A stretch of 64,000 nucleotides of DNA from a virus. Each line of letters begins with the position of its first letter. Positions within the stretch are counted from its first letter, which is position 1. The DNA is taken from positions 1 through 64,000 of IMG/VR virus record IMGVR_UViG_3300033149_006567, one strand, 5' to 3'. Position numbers and translations under genes: made by a program. The notes beneath the pieces are model-generated. The model saw only the letters and a program-made list of their open reading frames with translations, made no database searches and was not told the origin of the DNA. Shown in pieces: positions 1 to 9,856 of this stretch.

Positions 1-57
1 CAGCAAGTTCAAGATATTTTAATTCGCTCGAACATAGAGCTTAATAGAACAATATGA
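1..57 (+). CDS. 3' end of an upstream gene (partial; QQVQDILIRSNIELNRTI*)
   Basis: Frame 1 is open from the window edge to TGA at 55-57; too short to assign a product. Confidence 0.35.
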   Translation, partial: QQVQDILIRSNIELNRTI

Positions 58-156
58 TTAGAGTGGTAACCATAGATGATTGCCATCAACTGGCTGCCGT
101 GCGAAATGGCATGGAACTTTGGAACAACGCAGGCACTAAAATAGGAGATATATTGC

Positions 157-3100
157 ATGTCGCAATTACCTAAAAGTTTACATATTTTGCGTCAAATAGA
201 ATCAGATGGAAATTTGGTTTTGGCGCATTTTTATGGTAGTGGGTCGTTTCAGGACTTCTCGGGGAATTCGCATAATAGTACTCCGACGGCTGGTTTATAT
301 TTTAATAGAGATGGTGTTTTATTTACAAGTACAGGTTATAAATTAGATGATGGTGCAGATTTTATAGGAATTGGAGATATTACTGTTTGTATATACTGTA
401 ATCCAAGAAGTATTGGGCAAATTGCTGGCAGATTTATAGAGAATGGAAAATTTATTTTTGGGTTGACGGCAGGAAAAATATTTTGTTCTAGTGATGGATC
501 TACATCTCCGGTATCAGCTGCAATAAATTATAATATTAATAGTTTGTTTTCTGTAACTAGGGCATCTGATGGAATAGCAACAATGTATGTTAATGGAGCG
601 ATTAGCGGAACACCAGATCAATCGACAGGTACTCCTGTTGCAGGCTCTACTAATGTTATAATAGGTAATAGATCTGCTGGAAGTAGGACATTTGATGGTT
701 TGATGTCTGATGTTATTGTAGTAAATGGAATATTATCTCAATCAGAAATAGCACAAATGCACGGCGAAATTCGGTCTTTAAAATGGCCCACAAAAACAAA
801 GAGCAAAGCTAGTATATTTCTTCCGACAGATGCGGATGATTCTTCTTTAGTATTTTCCAGTGACATGGAATTAGTGAATGGAAAAATTGTAGATGCTTCT
901 GATAATGCAAATGGGGCCACCAAGGGCGGCACAAATTTATTTCAAACAAATACGATTTTGAGTAAAGCTTTAAGTTTTAATGAAGCAGAATGGCTGGATT
1001 TAGATACAAATATAGAGATGACTTCTGGAGATTATACTGTTGCAGCATGGGTAAGGCCAAGGGATGTTGCAGCAAAAGGCGGGATCGTAGGAAATTATTG
1101 GTTTATGTATGATACGAATAACAAACTTACGCATTATACGGGTTCGAATTATAGAAATTCAAATAATTCTCTTGTTTGGGGAAAGATGCATCATGTTGTG
1201 CAGACAATAGCCTCAGATGGCTCTTTAAGATATTATATTGACGGAGAATTGGATACAAGTGTGCATGGTGATGCCGATACAAGCATTGTAGCAACGGCAC
1301 TGGGGAATCACGCAGCGGTTGCCCCTTCTCATGCTGCTGACATGGACCTCGTTGATATTAAAATATATTCAGAAGTAAAATCTGCAGAATGGGTGAAGAA
1401 TCAGTATACAAAAGGAGCCAAAGCAGTTCAATTTCAAACATCTTATGGCATCGAGGAGTCTGTTGCGAATGTTACTTCAGGCTCGATAGGCGATTCTGAC
1501 ATTTATGTATCGACGGGTGAATGGCAGATTGTAAATGATTCTATTGGTGGATTAACTACTGGGGTTGATCTTAATTATGATGGAGATATGGAAGATGTAG
1601 GTGTTGACAATTATACTGTTGATAATTCTGCTACATTAACGAAAGAGCCTGGAACGAGAGATGGGGGCTTAGGGACTCAAGTTTTAAGAATTGCGTATAA
1701 TGGCAGTAGTTCTCCTGGCGCTTTTTTAGAGGGTGACGGGGGTTCTCATTTTTTAACTGTTGGTAAAACATATAAAATAACTGGCTGGGCAAGAGGTGAC
1801 GGGACTTTTTATCCAAGACTTATTGGTCCATCTGGAAATTATTTATGGGATGGAACTGCATCTACAGATTGGCAGTATTTTGAGTCTATTGATTTAGCTG
1901 CACGGGATTATATGAGATTTCGCTCTGATTGTACATCTGCTGGTTATGTAGAATTCGATGATGTTTCCGTTCAAGAAGTGGTAAGTAATACGAAAGTCCT
2001 CGAATGCAAATCTGCTGGTATAGCATATATTCCAATTGACAATTTTATGAGTGCCACAGATGCGGCATACGGGGCATGGGAATTTTGGTTGTACAAAACC
2101 AGTGGTGGAAATCCATATGTAATGTTAAATTCAGATACAATAGGCGAATACGATGCTGCTGGCTCCAATTCGTATGTATTTTATGCTTCTGGTTCTGAGC
2201 AGTATGTTTTTGGGAAAACTATAGGGGGGGTATATTCTCATATTACTTATAGTTCTGATGCAGGAGATACACTTTTAGATGCTAATGCATGGAATAAAAT
2301 TACTATATCTAGAAATTCTGCTGGAGTTTTTACTTTATATCATAATAACACATATGCTAAATTAGGAGCGAATCCCTCTACTCAAACGCAATTAATTTCT
2401 GGAAATTATTTGGTGTTAGATTTCGATGTTGGAGATAAAATATCATTAGGTGATAGAAATGGGGATTATGCATTTAAAAAATATTTAGGTACTGTTCAAT
2501 CAGCAGGATATCTTATTTTGGAAAATGATCAATCTACATTAACCCAAACAACAATTTATATTACAGCTACAAATGGGAAAAGTCTAACAATTGGTTGGGG
2601 TGATAATAGTTTTAATAAAGTAACATGCAATGATGTTGAACAAACTTTAACGCACAATTACGCTTCAGAAGGTGCATATAAAATAAAATTGTATGGTGAT
2701 GTAGATGCGATAACAAGTTTTAAGTGTTATAGTCAAGCTTTTATTTCAGGAGATATTGGTAGATTTTCAAAGATGACAAGTTTGGGAGATATTTCTGCTG
2801 TTTCTGGATTAACAAGTTTGACTCGTTTATATCTTAATTCAACTTCTGTTTCTGGAGATATTTCTGCTGTTTCTGGATTAACAAGTTTGACTCGTTTATA
2901 TCTTTATTCAACTTCTGTTTCTGGAGATATTTCTGCTGTTTCTGGATTAACAAGTTTGACTCGTTTATATCTTTATTCAACTTCTGTTTCTGGAGATATT
3001 TCTGCTGTTTCTGGATTAGCAAGTTTGACTTATTTACTTCTTTATTCAGCTTCTGTAGACACTTATACTTCTATAGCGCTTCCGGCTTGGGCTGGTATTA

Positions 3101-3258
3101 ATTTACAAATTCAAGACTTGGGCTTAGATGCGACTGAAGTAGATAATTTTCTTATAGATTTTGAGGATGGAGCAGGTGCAGCAGGAACAACTTCTGCGAG
3201 TGATGCCGCTGTTGCTAGTTTGAGAGGAGCGGGTTGGACAGTGAATGTTAATGAGTAA
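157..3258 (+). CDS. LamG/concanavalin-A-like domain protein with C-terminal leucine-rich repeats (putative virion decoration or adhesin)
   Basis: LamG-type segments (ATMYVNG...IIGNR...FDGLMSDV; YTVAAWV...HHVVQT...YYIDG), a carbohydrate-binding-like middle part, and 23-aa LRRs GDISAVSGLTSLTRLYLYSTSVS; SD AGGAG upstream. Confidence 0.75.
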   Translation: MSQLPKSLHILRQIESDGNLVLAHFYGSGSFQDFSGNSHNSTPTAGLYFNRDGVLFTSTGYKLDDGADFIGIGDITVCIYCNPRSIGQIAGRFIENGKFIFGLTAGKIFCSSDGSTSPVSAAINYNINSLFSVTRASDGIATMYVNGAISGTPDQSTGTPVAGSTNVIIGNRSAGSRTFDGLMSDVIVVNGILSQSEIAQMHGEIRSLKWPTKTKSKASIFLPTDADDSSLVFSSDMELVNGKIVDASDNANGATKGGTNLFQTNTILSKALSFNEAEWLDLDTNIEMTSGDYTVAAWVRPRDVAAKGGIVGNYWFMYDTNNKLTHYTGSNYRNSNNSLVWGKMHHVVQTIASDGSLRYYIDGELDTSVHGDADTSIVATALGNHAAVAPSHAADMDLVDIKIYSEVKSAEWVKNQYTKGAKAVQFQTSYGIEESVANVTSGSIGDSDIYVSTGEWQIVNDSIGGLTTGVDLNYDGDMEDVGVDNYTVDNSATLTKEPGTRDGGLGTQVLRIAYNGSSSPGAFLEGDGGSHFLTVGKTYKITGWARGDGTFYPRLIGPSGNYLWDGTASTDWQYFESIDLAARDYMRFRSDCTSAGYVEFDDVSVQEVVSNTKVLECKSAGIAYIPIDNFMSATDAAYGAWEFWLYKTSGGNPYVMLNSDTIGEYDAAGSNSYVFYASGSEQYVFGKTIGGVYSHITYSSDAGDTLLDANAWNKITISRNSAGVFTLYHNNTYAKLGANPSTQTQLISGNYLVLDFDVGDKISLGDRNGDYAFKKYLGTVQSAGYLILENDQSTLTQTTIYITATNGKSLTIGWGDNSFNKVTCNDVEQTLTHNYASEGAYKIKLYGDVDAITSFKCYSQAFISGDIGRFSKMTSLGDISAVSGLTSLTRLYLNSTSVSGDISAVSGLTSLTRLYLYSTSVSGDISAVSGLTSLTRLYLYSTSVSGDISAVSGLASLTYLLLYSASVDTYTSIALPAWAGINLQIQDLGLDATEVDNFLIDFEDGAGAAGTTSASDAAVASLRGAGWTVNVNE
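2785..3057 (+). repeat. Four tandem 69-bp repeats encoding 23-aa LRR units
   Basis: Units begin at 2785, 2854, 2923 and 2992 (ggagatatttctgctgtttctggatta...); the first three are nearly identical and the fourth is diverged. Confidence 0.95.
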
Positions 3259-3285
3259 CTTAAGGATCGTCTAGGAGGGTATAAA

Positions 3286-4266
3286 TTGACTTTACGAAGA
3301 TCACAGGGAGTTGGAGAAACAATTACCCTTAGGGCTTTAATTAAAGATGACCAAGATGATCCTGCTACAACCGCTTCTGGTTTGTCTGTCTCTATTTTCG
3401 GGCCCGATGGAGATTATACTGATCCTACTGATGCGCTAGAGACTGGCACTCCCACTCTTTTCGCTGGGGGTATTTATGAGTATGAGTATTCGATTCCTAG
3501 TGATTCCGAGACTGGAATTTTTCAGGACTATTGGACTGCTGAATTAAATGGGCAAGCCCTTACCGCCCTGTTCTCTTTTGAGGTTTTGGATGCTGGATCA
3601 ATTGAATCTCTCGGAGGACAGCTTAATTATAATAATATAGTTGACGTTACTGTTTCTTCTGGTATTTTGGCGTCTGATGGGGCGGCCTTGGCGGAGGATT
3701 ATTCCTGGACTTTTCTTACTGAAGTATCTCCCTGTTATTCGGATTCTATTAAATTAGAATTAGAAGCGGGTTCTGCGCTTTCTGGTCTGACTGATGACGC
3801 ACTTTACCTAGCCATCCTAGAGGCCAGCATTGAAGCAGATCAATTTAGTTTTAATACCACTGATAGAAATGGCGATTTCTTTTTGCATGCAAGAAGGGAA
3901 TGGGCCACTTGTAAGGCAGCTGCCATTTTAGCAGTCAATATCAAGGGGGGTTTTTATACCCAATCTAAGCGCTTGGGAGATTTATCTGTTACGTATAATC
4001 AAAATGCCCTGAATGAATTATTGGACAGAATAGCCAGCTGTTTGGCTCGCTGGGAGCCTCAATTGATGGCTGGAGGATATGGAACCCAGAATCCGATTGG
4101 CGTGATTAAGGGGGAATATGATCCAGATCGTCCTCAAGTCGGAAGAGTCTGGTTTTCAGATGATGAAGGCAGCTATGTTTCTCGTAAGGTTCCGGCAGCC
4201 AACACGAAGGATCGCACTTATTACAAGCGTCGTTGGCAGCGCGGCTACAAGTCTAGGTGGAAGTAA
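3286..4266 (+). CDS. Putative head-tail adaptor/neck protein with N-terminal beta-sandwich domains
   Basis: TTG start after AGGAGG; C-terminal helical part with SKRLGDLSVTY, typical of head-tail connectors; position upstream of the sheath gene. Confidence 0.55.
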   Translation: MTLRRSQGVGETITLRALIKDDQDDPATTASGLSVSIFGPDGDYTDPTDALETGTPTLFAGGIYEYEYSIPSDSETGIFQDYWTAELNGQALTALFSFEVLDAGSIESLGGQLNYNNIVDVTVSSGILASDGAALAEDYSWTFLTEVSPCYSDSIKLELEAGSALSGLTDDALYLAILEASIEADQFSFNTTDRNGDFFLHARREWATCKAAAILAVNIKGGFYTQSKRLGDLSVTYNQNALNELLDRIASCLARWEPQLMAGGYGTQNPIGVIKGEYDPDRPQVGRVWFSDDEGSYVSRKVPAANTKDRTYYKRRWQRGYKSRWK

Positions 4267-4814
4267 TGCGTAATTTTTATTCAGGGAATAGGACCGAGAT
4301 ATCTCTCCGAGATGAGCTGATAAATACTTTAGACGGGAATTTTCCCGAGATTTCCAAGAAGCAGAAGGGAGTTGTTCGTCGTATGCGGCGCGACTCAAGT
4401 GACAATTTAATTGCTTGTGTGTGCAATGATTTGGTTTCCGGAGAGGGTGACAAAGACGGGCCCTGCCCGTATTGTCTCGGAGAAAAATTTTATTGGGAAG
4501 AAGAGTTCATCTATTTTTATCGTTTTGAACCTGGATATGATACCTCTCGAGCTCTCAAGGAGATGAATATCGTTCCGGGTAATTTGAATGTTCCCCTTAG
4601 GGTCTTTTATGTAGACTATCAGGGAGCATTGACTAAGGACGATAAAATGATAGAATTAGTCTTGGATTCTAGCGGGGATCCTGTTGAACCATTGCGACGT
4701 CGAGCTATCTATAGGATAGGGAGTCTTTTTGATGCTCGAGCTGATGAGGGCAGGATTGAGTACTGGAAAGTTGTTTGTTACGAAGATAAAACGCTTTCGT
4801 TGAATGTGGTGTAA
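4266..4814 (+). CDS. Putative head-closure/neck protein with Zn-binding CxC...CxxC motif
   Basis: ATG overlaps the previous TAA (start revised from 4257); CVC...CPYC motif; position in the neck module. Confidence 0.5.
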   Translation: MRNFYSGNRTEISLRDELINTLDGNFPEISKKQKGVVRRMRRDSSDNLIACVCNDLVSGEGDKDGPCPYCLGEKFYWEEEFIYFYRFEPGYDTSRALKEMNIVPGNLNVPLRVFYVDYQGALTKDDKMIELVLDSSGDPVEPLRRRAIYRIGSLFDARADEGRIEYWKVVCYEDKTLSLNVV

Positions 4815-4816
4815 GC

Positions 4817-5524
4817 ATGCTTGGTGATAGTCCTTTTTCTCGGGAACTCTTGGAGTCGCCTCCTAGGGTTCTAGTTTCTCATGTTTATCGAACCATGACT
4901 TCGATAGACGGGAGTCCTCGGGGAAAAAGTAAAACCCCTTATGGGTTCAAGTCTATTGCGGAGGTGCCTGAATTAATTAAGGAAGCCATCGAGCATTTTC
5001 AGACCAGGGAGTCTACCAGGAGCGAGAATCAGATATTTTTTACGGTTGAATCTCCTGATTTTGAAAGGAATATTGAGGCTATTACTTACGGGGTGGTCAA
5101 AAGAACTCCAGGGGGCCTAGGGGCCGGAAGTCCTTTTTCTCAGCCTTCCAAGGAGCTTAGGCCTAGTTTGAGAGAGGAATATACTGACCCGGATAATCCT
5201 GGTTATTCTAGGGCTGTTTTGGGACAATGGTTCGACAATTTGATTAGGCTTACTTGTTGGTCTCATACTTCTCGGCAGGCCGAGAAAAGAGCCAATTGGC
5301 TTGAAAGGATTGTCACTGAGTATAGATGGTGGTTTGTTATGAAGGGTTTGAATAGGTTCTATTTTTGGGAAAGAGAAGAGGATGAGATGAAAGAGGTTAA
5401 TGGGAATAAGGTTTATGGTAAGCCTCTTTTGTTTTTTGTCAGAACTGAAAAATTGTCATATGTTAGCGAAAAGAAGTTAGAACAGTTGATTGTTCAACTT
5501 TCCATTGGAAAAACAGATAGTTAA
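4817..5524 (+). CDS. Putative tail completion/terminator protein
   Basis: Immediately before the sheath gene; alpha/beta pattern (FDNLIRLTCWS...AEKRANWLE) consistent with tail terminators. Confidence 0.45.
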   Translation: MLGDSPFSRELLESPPRVLVSHVYRTMTSIDGSPRGKSKTPYGFKSIAEVPELIKEAIEHFQTRESTRSENQIFFTVESPDFERNIEAITYGVVKRTPGGLGAGSPFSQPSKELRPSLREEYTDPDNPGYSRAVLGQWFDNLIRLTCWSHTSRQAEKRANWLERIVTEYRWWFVMKGLNRFYFWEREEDEMKEVNGNKVYGKPLLFFVRTEKLSYVSEKKLEQLIVQLSIGKTDS

Positions 5525-5539
5525 GGAGGATAAATAGAT

Positions 5540-7465
5540 ATGGCGTATACTAATTTGCCTCAGATTTTAGAGGAAAGACTTGACGGGAATTTGATTACTG
5601 CCGTTGAAAGTGCCGATCCTGTTACCCTTGTTATCGGCACTGCAGGTCAGGGTCCGTCTGAGACGGTATATCCCGTTGAGAGGCCGAGTGACGCAAATAG
5701 CGCCTTTGGAGGAGAGGGAACTCTTACTCGAGGTATGTTTGAAGTTAACACGGCTGGGGCTGAAAGGATTTACCTGTATCGTATTGGCGCCACTGCAGCT
5801 CGGTTGGATTATGTTGGTGGTGGGATTACCATTGAAACGATACAGAAGGATGATGAGGCTGGCGCTGATTATGAGCTCTTTTGGGATCATAGTGCTGGGC
5901 GCTTGCGTGTGTGGAGGACTTCGGACGGGGAATTGGTTTATGATAATAATCCCTCTTATCCGTCTCAAGCTGTGGATGAGGGAGAAGTCTCTGTTACTGG
6001 TTCTGCTACCAGTTTGGGTACCGAAACGGATATCGGTTCTTTAGCAAGTCCTGTAATCCTTGCTGCCGCTGATGGTCTTGGTGGGACTCCTGCGGCTGTT
6101 TATACGGCTGGCACGGATGGACTTAACCTGTCTCGGATGGAGACCTATGAGGCCCTTTACAACGCTTATGAGGATTTAGAGGACCAGGCAGTTGATATCA
6201 TAGTTCCGATGAATGTTTTCCTCGATGACGAAAACATTATGGATAAAACTGAAGCAACTGCTTCTGGTTTGGCGCCTACGGGTAATTCTTACCCGACTGT
6301 TGGTGAAACAGATGACGTTCTTGGCAAACTTTATGTAGAAGAATACGATGGTGAGAATTATTTCTGGTGGTGGTTCCCGACTCAGCCTAATGCTGATGCA
6401 GATACTGATTTCGCGGCTGGTTCTGGGGCTCAGATTTATCCAGCTGGCGTGGGTTTGGCTGATGCTACGCATACTCCTGATGGGACTGAATTGGCTGGGA
6501 GTGATTTCCACGAAGTCAATTTTGCTTATCAGTTGGCTAATTTCTGCTATAATCAGAGTTCGGATATAGTTGAAATGACGGGGGTAATTGGTGTCAAGCC
6601 GCCTGTTTCGTATGCTCCCAGAGAAGTTTCTAGGTGGGTTGGAAAGTTGCCTACCACCGAGATAAATGTCAATACTGGGGTCGAAGTCATTAACATCAAT
6701 GGGTCTGGTTTGCTCGGCAACAAGTTTATGGTTGGCCGTAATGGCTCGGCCGCTGCTTCGGGCATTCCAGGTTTGATCATTGATGGGGTAGATGGCCGTT
6801 ATGGCGGCGGCTTTATTGCTACTGATTCTGGTTTCTTGGATGGGACTCAACAGAAAGACGATAATGATGCTTTAATAGACATTGGTCAATTCATTAGTGT
6901 AGTTTCTGCGTATCCTGTTTTGGCTAATAGTTCGGCTACTAGTGCTTATGTTGCCACCGGTGCCCCTTCTTATGGCGGTTTTTATTCTGCTCTTCCGGCG
7001 AACAGTTCTCCTGCCAATAAGGTTTTACCTTTTGTCCAGTTGCCGTTCCGTTTGAAAATAGCTAAGGTTGATACTTTGGCTGGTGCTGGCTATGTTATGT
7101 TTCACTCGAAACCTAAGGGAATTGTTATTTCTGATGCCCCCACTGCTTCTCGTGCGGAATCTGACTATCGCAGACTTACAACGGTTCGTATCGTCAAGGC
7201 GGTTGTAGATGACATTCGGGCTGTTGCGGATCCATTCATTGGAGGAGAGGGTGGTCTTTCAGATCTTCGTTTGGCAGCTCTCGAGTCCAAAATAGGCGAT
7301 CGTTTGCAACAGAGAGTCAAGGATCTTTTCTTGATTCGTTACGACAAGTCTCTTTCTTCGACTCCGATTCAGCGAGTGCTTGGTCAGGCTGTTCTTGAGC
7401 TGGTTCTCGTTCCTGCTTTTGAGTTCAGGAAGTTGACCGTTGTTGTAAGCTTGGCAGCCATCTAA
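5540..7465 (+). CDS. Contractile tail sheath protein
   Basis: N-terminal LVIGTAGQGP...FGGEGTL; C-terminal sheath signature YRRLTTVRIVKAVVDDIR...FIG...LELVLVPAFEFRKLTVVV; 641 aa; SD AAGGAGG. Confidence 0.9.
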   Translation: MAYTNLPQILEERLDGNLITAVESADPVTLVIGTAGQGPSETVYPVERPSDANSAFGGEGTLTRGMFEVNTAGAERIYLYRIGATAARLDYVGGGITIETIQKDDEAGADYELFWDHSAGRLRVWRTSDGELVYDNNPSYPSQAVDEGEVSVTGSATSLGTETDIGSLASPVILAAADGLGGTPAAVYTAGTDGLNLSRMETYEALYNAYEDLEDQAVDIIVPMNVFLDDENIMDKTEATASGLAPTGNSYPTVGETDDVLGKLYVEEYDGENYFWWWFPTQPNADADTDFAAGSGAQIYPAGVGLADATHTPDGTELAGSDFHEVNFAYQLANFCYNQSSDIVEMTGVIGVKPPVSYAPREVSRWVGKLPTTEINVNTGVEVININGSGLLGNKFMVGRNGSAAASGIPGLIIDGVDGRYGGGFIATDSGFLDGTQQKDDNDALIDIGQFISVVSAYPVLANSSATSAYVATGAPSYGGFYSALPANSSPANKVLPFVQLPFRLKIAKVDTLAGAGYVMFHSKPKGIVISDAPTASRAESDYRRLTTVRIVKAVVDDIRAVADPFIGGEGGLSDLRLAALESKIGDRLQQRVKDLFLIRYDKSLSSTPIQRVLGQAVLELVLVPAFEFRKLTVVVSLAAI

Positions 7466-7478
7466 AGGATGCTATAAT
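7451..7478 (+). promoter_or_regulatory. Sigma70/SigA-type promoter with extended -10, upstream of the major tail tube gene
   Basis: TTGGCA (7451-7456), 16-bp spacer, TG-C-TATAAT (7470-7478). Confidence 0.65.
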
Positions 7479-7520
7479 TGAGAATGATGAAGATGAGAAA
7501 GATATAGGAGGTATACATAG

Positions 7521-8180
7521 ATGGCAAGTTCAGCTTTTGCAGGAGCTTATAATTCATTTTCGGGCGTCGATATTAAGGCTGTTTTTAACGAGAAGACTAT
7601 TGCTGAGCTTCAAGCGGTTTCTTATTCGATTACCCGTGAAAAGGGTCCAATTTATACAATGGGTTCGGCAGATCCTCGGAGTTTCTCTCGAGGAAAACGG
7701 GGTATTGCTGGAACTTTAATATTCTTGGTTTTTGATCGTCACGCTTTGCTGGGCGCAATGGGAGCTATGGCCCAGGATACGAGTTCGGTTAACGAATTTT
7801 TGTCGGATATAGATGATTTACGACCTGAATTTTATCCCAGTTCGACTAGAAGTCCGGCTCTTGTTGCTGTTGCAAACGACGTTCGGAATGCTGGTTCTAC
7901 TGTTCATACGCAAGAAAGCGACCTTTTACCAGCTGATATCGCCAGCGATCAAACACCTGCTCTTCCTTGGTATGCCGATCAGATTCTTCCGTTTGATATT
8001 ACTCTTGCTGCGGCCGATGAGTATGGGAGTCTTGCTGTTATGCGGATTTATGGTGTTGAGATTTTAAATGAGGGCTACGGAGTGTCTATTGATGATATTC
8101 AGTCTGCTACTCAGACTACCTATGTGGCTCGGCAGGTTGTTAGCTGGAAGCCCGTTCACAAGAATTTTGGTCTGACATAA
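7521..8180 (+). CDS. Tail tube protein (probable major tube subunit)
   Basis: Follows the sheath gene; SFSGVDIKA...LQAVSYSITREKGPIYTMG...RGKRGIAGTLIF...IYGVEILNEG..SIDD pattern; SD AGGAGG; flanked by a promoter and a terminator. Confidence 0.8.
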   Translation: MASSAFAGAYNSFSGVDIKAVFNEKTIAELQAVSYSITREKGPIYTMGSADPRSFSRGKRGIAGTLIFLVFDRHALLGAMGAMAQDTSSVNEFLSDIDDLRPEFYPSSTRSPALVAVANDVRNAGSTVHTQESDLLPADIASDQTPALPWYADQILPFDITLAAADEYGSLAVMRIYGVEILNEGYGVSIDDIQSATQTTYVARQVVSWKPVHKNFGLT

Positions 8181-8217
8181 ACGAGTGAAACTTTGCTGTT
8201 TTCTAATTTCTAATCCA

Positions 8218-8244
8218 AAAGGGGCGGCTTTGAGCCGCCCCTTT
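8218..8244 (+). terminator. Intrinsic terminator-like hairpin
   Basis: Perfect 12-bp stem aaaggggcggct / agccgccccttt with a ttg loop, intergenic after the tube gene. Confidence 0.75.
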
Positions 8245-8258
8245 CTCCAGGCCCTTAG

Positions 8259-9110
8259 ATGACTTTTGAGGCAACAAGTTCAGGTGGCATAATTAATTTT
8301 TTGGGTTCTAGTTATTCTGGAGCTGATATTAAATTGGCTGTTCATACTTCTTTACCCGTAGTTACCGAAAGATATCGTATCGAATTGGCCGAAAAGTTTT
8401 CGGCAGAAGAAAGACGCCTTAATGAGGAGTGGATGCATATAGCTGAGTATAATGAGCCACTTCGTTCTCAAGAGGAATCTCGAATAATGCGAGAGCGAGA
8501 ACTTAACCAGATGAAGAAAGACGATCTAGAGCGCCACAAGAATCAAGAGTTCCCTGCTTTTCTTCCTCTAGCTTCTGCGCAGTCCTTGTCTGTCCAAGTT
8601 TTTAGGGAGAAAAGACTTGTTAGGGCTTTGGGTCATGTGGCGCCTAAGGGCGTGGTTAGGGGAGCAAGAACTACGGCTGGCACTATTATTTTTACCACGT
8701 TTGACGAACACGCCCTAGCCTCTCTTCTCCATAGGCCTCCCACTATGTTTTCGCATGAGGATGGCCTGGGAATTAGGGCGCTGATTGATCAGTTACCTCC
8801 CATGACTATTACTGCCATATTCGCCAATGAATATGGCAGTTTGTCAGAAATGAATATATATGGGGTTGAGTTTATCGATGATGGACAAGTTCTGTCTATT
8901 GAGGATTTCTTTACTGAGAATACTTGTACTTTTATTGCTCGAGGATACGACGTTCTTTTAAAAAGAGGGAGGGTTGATTTGGTGAAGTCAGTTGTTGGAG
9001 CTTCTGTTGGCAATTCTATGGCACCCCAGTCAGGCAGTTCTCTCTTAGGTAGTTCTGAATATACTAGTTTTAAGGATAGGCTTGGCCTGAGCAGGGACCC
9101 GTATAAATGA
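8259..9110 (+). CDS. Tail tube-like protein (paralogue 2, with coiled-coil insertion)
   Basis: Shares SYSGADIK, QSLSVQVFREK, RGARTTAGTIIF and IYGVEFIDDG..SIED with 7521..8180. Confidence 0.75.
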   Translation: MTFEATSSGGIINFLGSSYSGADIKLAVHTSLPVVTERYRIELAEKFSAEERRLNEEWMHIAEYNEPLRSQEESRIMRERELNQMKKDDLERHKNQEFPAFLPLASAQSLSVQVFREKRLVRALGHVAPKGVVRGARTTAGTIIFTTFDEHALASLLHRPPTMFSHEDGLGIRALIDQLPPMTITAIFANEYGSLSEMNIYGVEFIDDGQVLSIEDFFTENTCTFIARGYDVLLKRGRVDLVKSVVGASVGNSMAPQSGSSLLGSSEYTSFKDRLGLSRDPYK

Positions 9111-9853
9111 CTCGCAATGTCTCATTGGCTAGAGAGGCCAACTTAGTTTACGACCAGGAATACTACAGTTCGTCTCAGGCTTGCATTTATTTCGGTGATA
9201 TCTGGATAGACGAAATCACTGGGATTCAGTATCAGATAGAGCATTCTAAGACTCCTATTTATGGATATGCTTCGACCCTTTATGATGCCATGGTTAGGGG
9301 TCCCCTTTTGGTTAGGGGTAGTTTTACCATTAATTTCAAAGAAGCTGGCTATTTATTTGTTGTTCTGAATGAGTATAAGAAACGTATGGGGCAGGGGAAT
9401 ACCCATCCCTATCAACGTGACGACAAGAACGGGACCTACGCTATTCAGCGGGCTAATATTGAGCGGCTAATGCAGAAAGACATAGACAACGTAGATTTGA
9501 ATAAATATCATCAAGATATAGCCGGGTTTGTGAGTGAGGCTCAAAGCCGAGGTAATCCTAAGGGCCTGGATACCGCAGAGAATATGTTTGAGGCTTTCGA
9601 GGATGTTGTGTGGGGGAAAAGGGGCGCCCAGGACAAGCTCAATGAGGCGGGCTATGTTGGGCGGCGCGTAGATGACCATAGACTGAATGGATTTGACATT
9701 TTTGTTCAATTTGGTGACTTTTCCAATGAACTTGCTAATCATACTATGCGTAAAATAGTGGATGTTCACATAGTGGGGGACAGTATGGTTATCGGAGGAG
9801 ACTCTGAGCCTCTTCAAGAGTCCTATGTTTTTTATGCCAAGAACGTTATCTAG
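9107..9853 (+). CDS. Tail tube-like protein (paralogue 3; possible tube initiator)
   Basis: YYSSSQACIYFGDIWIDEITGIQY...KTPIYGY...VRGSFTINF...ESYVFYAKN tube-fold pattern; ATGA overlap with the previous gene. Confidence 0.7.
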   Translation: MTRNVSLAREANLVYDQEYYSSSQACIYFGDIWIDEITGIQYQIEHSKTPIYGYASTLYDAMVRGPLLVRGSFTINFKEAGYLFVVLNEYKKRMGQGNTHPYQRDDKNGTYAIQRANIERLMQKDIDNVDLNKYHQDIAGFVSEAQSRGNPKGLDTAENMFEAFEDVVWGKRGAQDKLNEAGYVGRRVDDHRLNGFDIFVQFGDFSNELANHTMRKIVDVHIVGDSMVIGGDSEPLQESYVFYAKNVI

Positions 9854-9856
9854 TTC

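Noticed and set aside
2785-3057. 69-bp repeats as a CRISPR array or DGR template/variable pair
   Set aside because: There are no spacers, the units are in-frame coding LRRs, and no cas or reverse transcriptase gene is in the window.
6545-6553. TGCTATAAT inside the sheath gene as a promoter
   Set aside because: Intragenic, with no -35 box at a suitable spacing; explained by the codons for C-Y-N.
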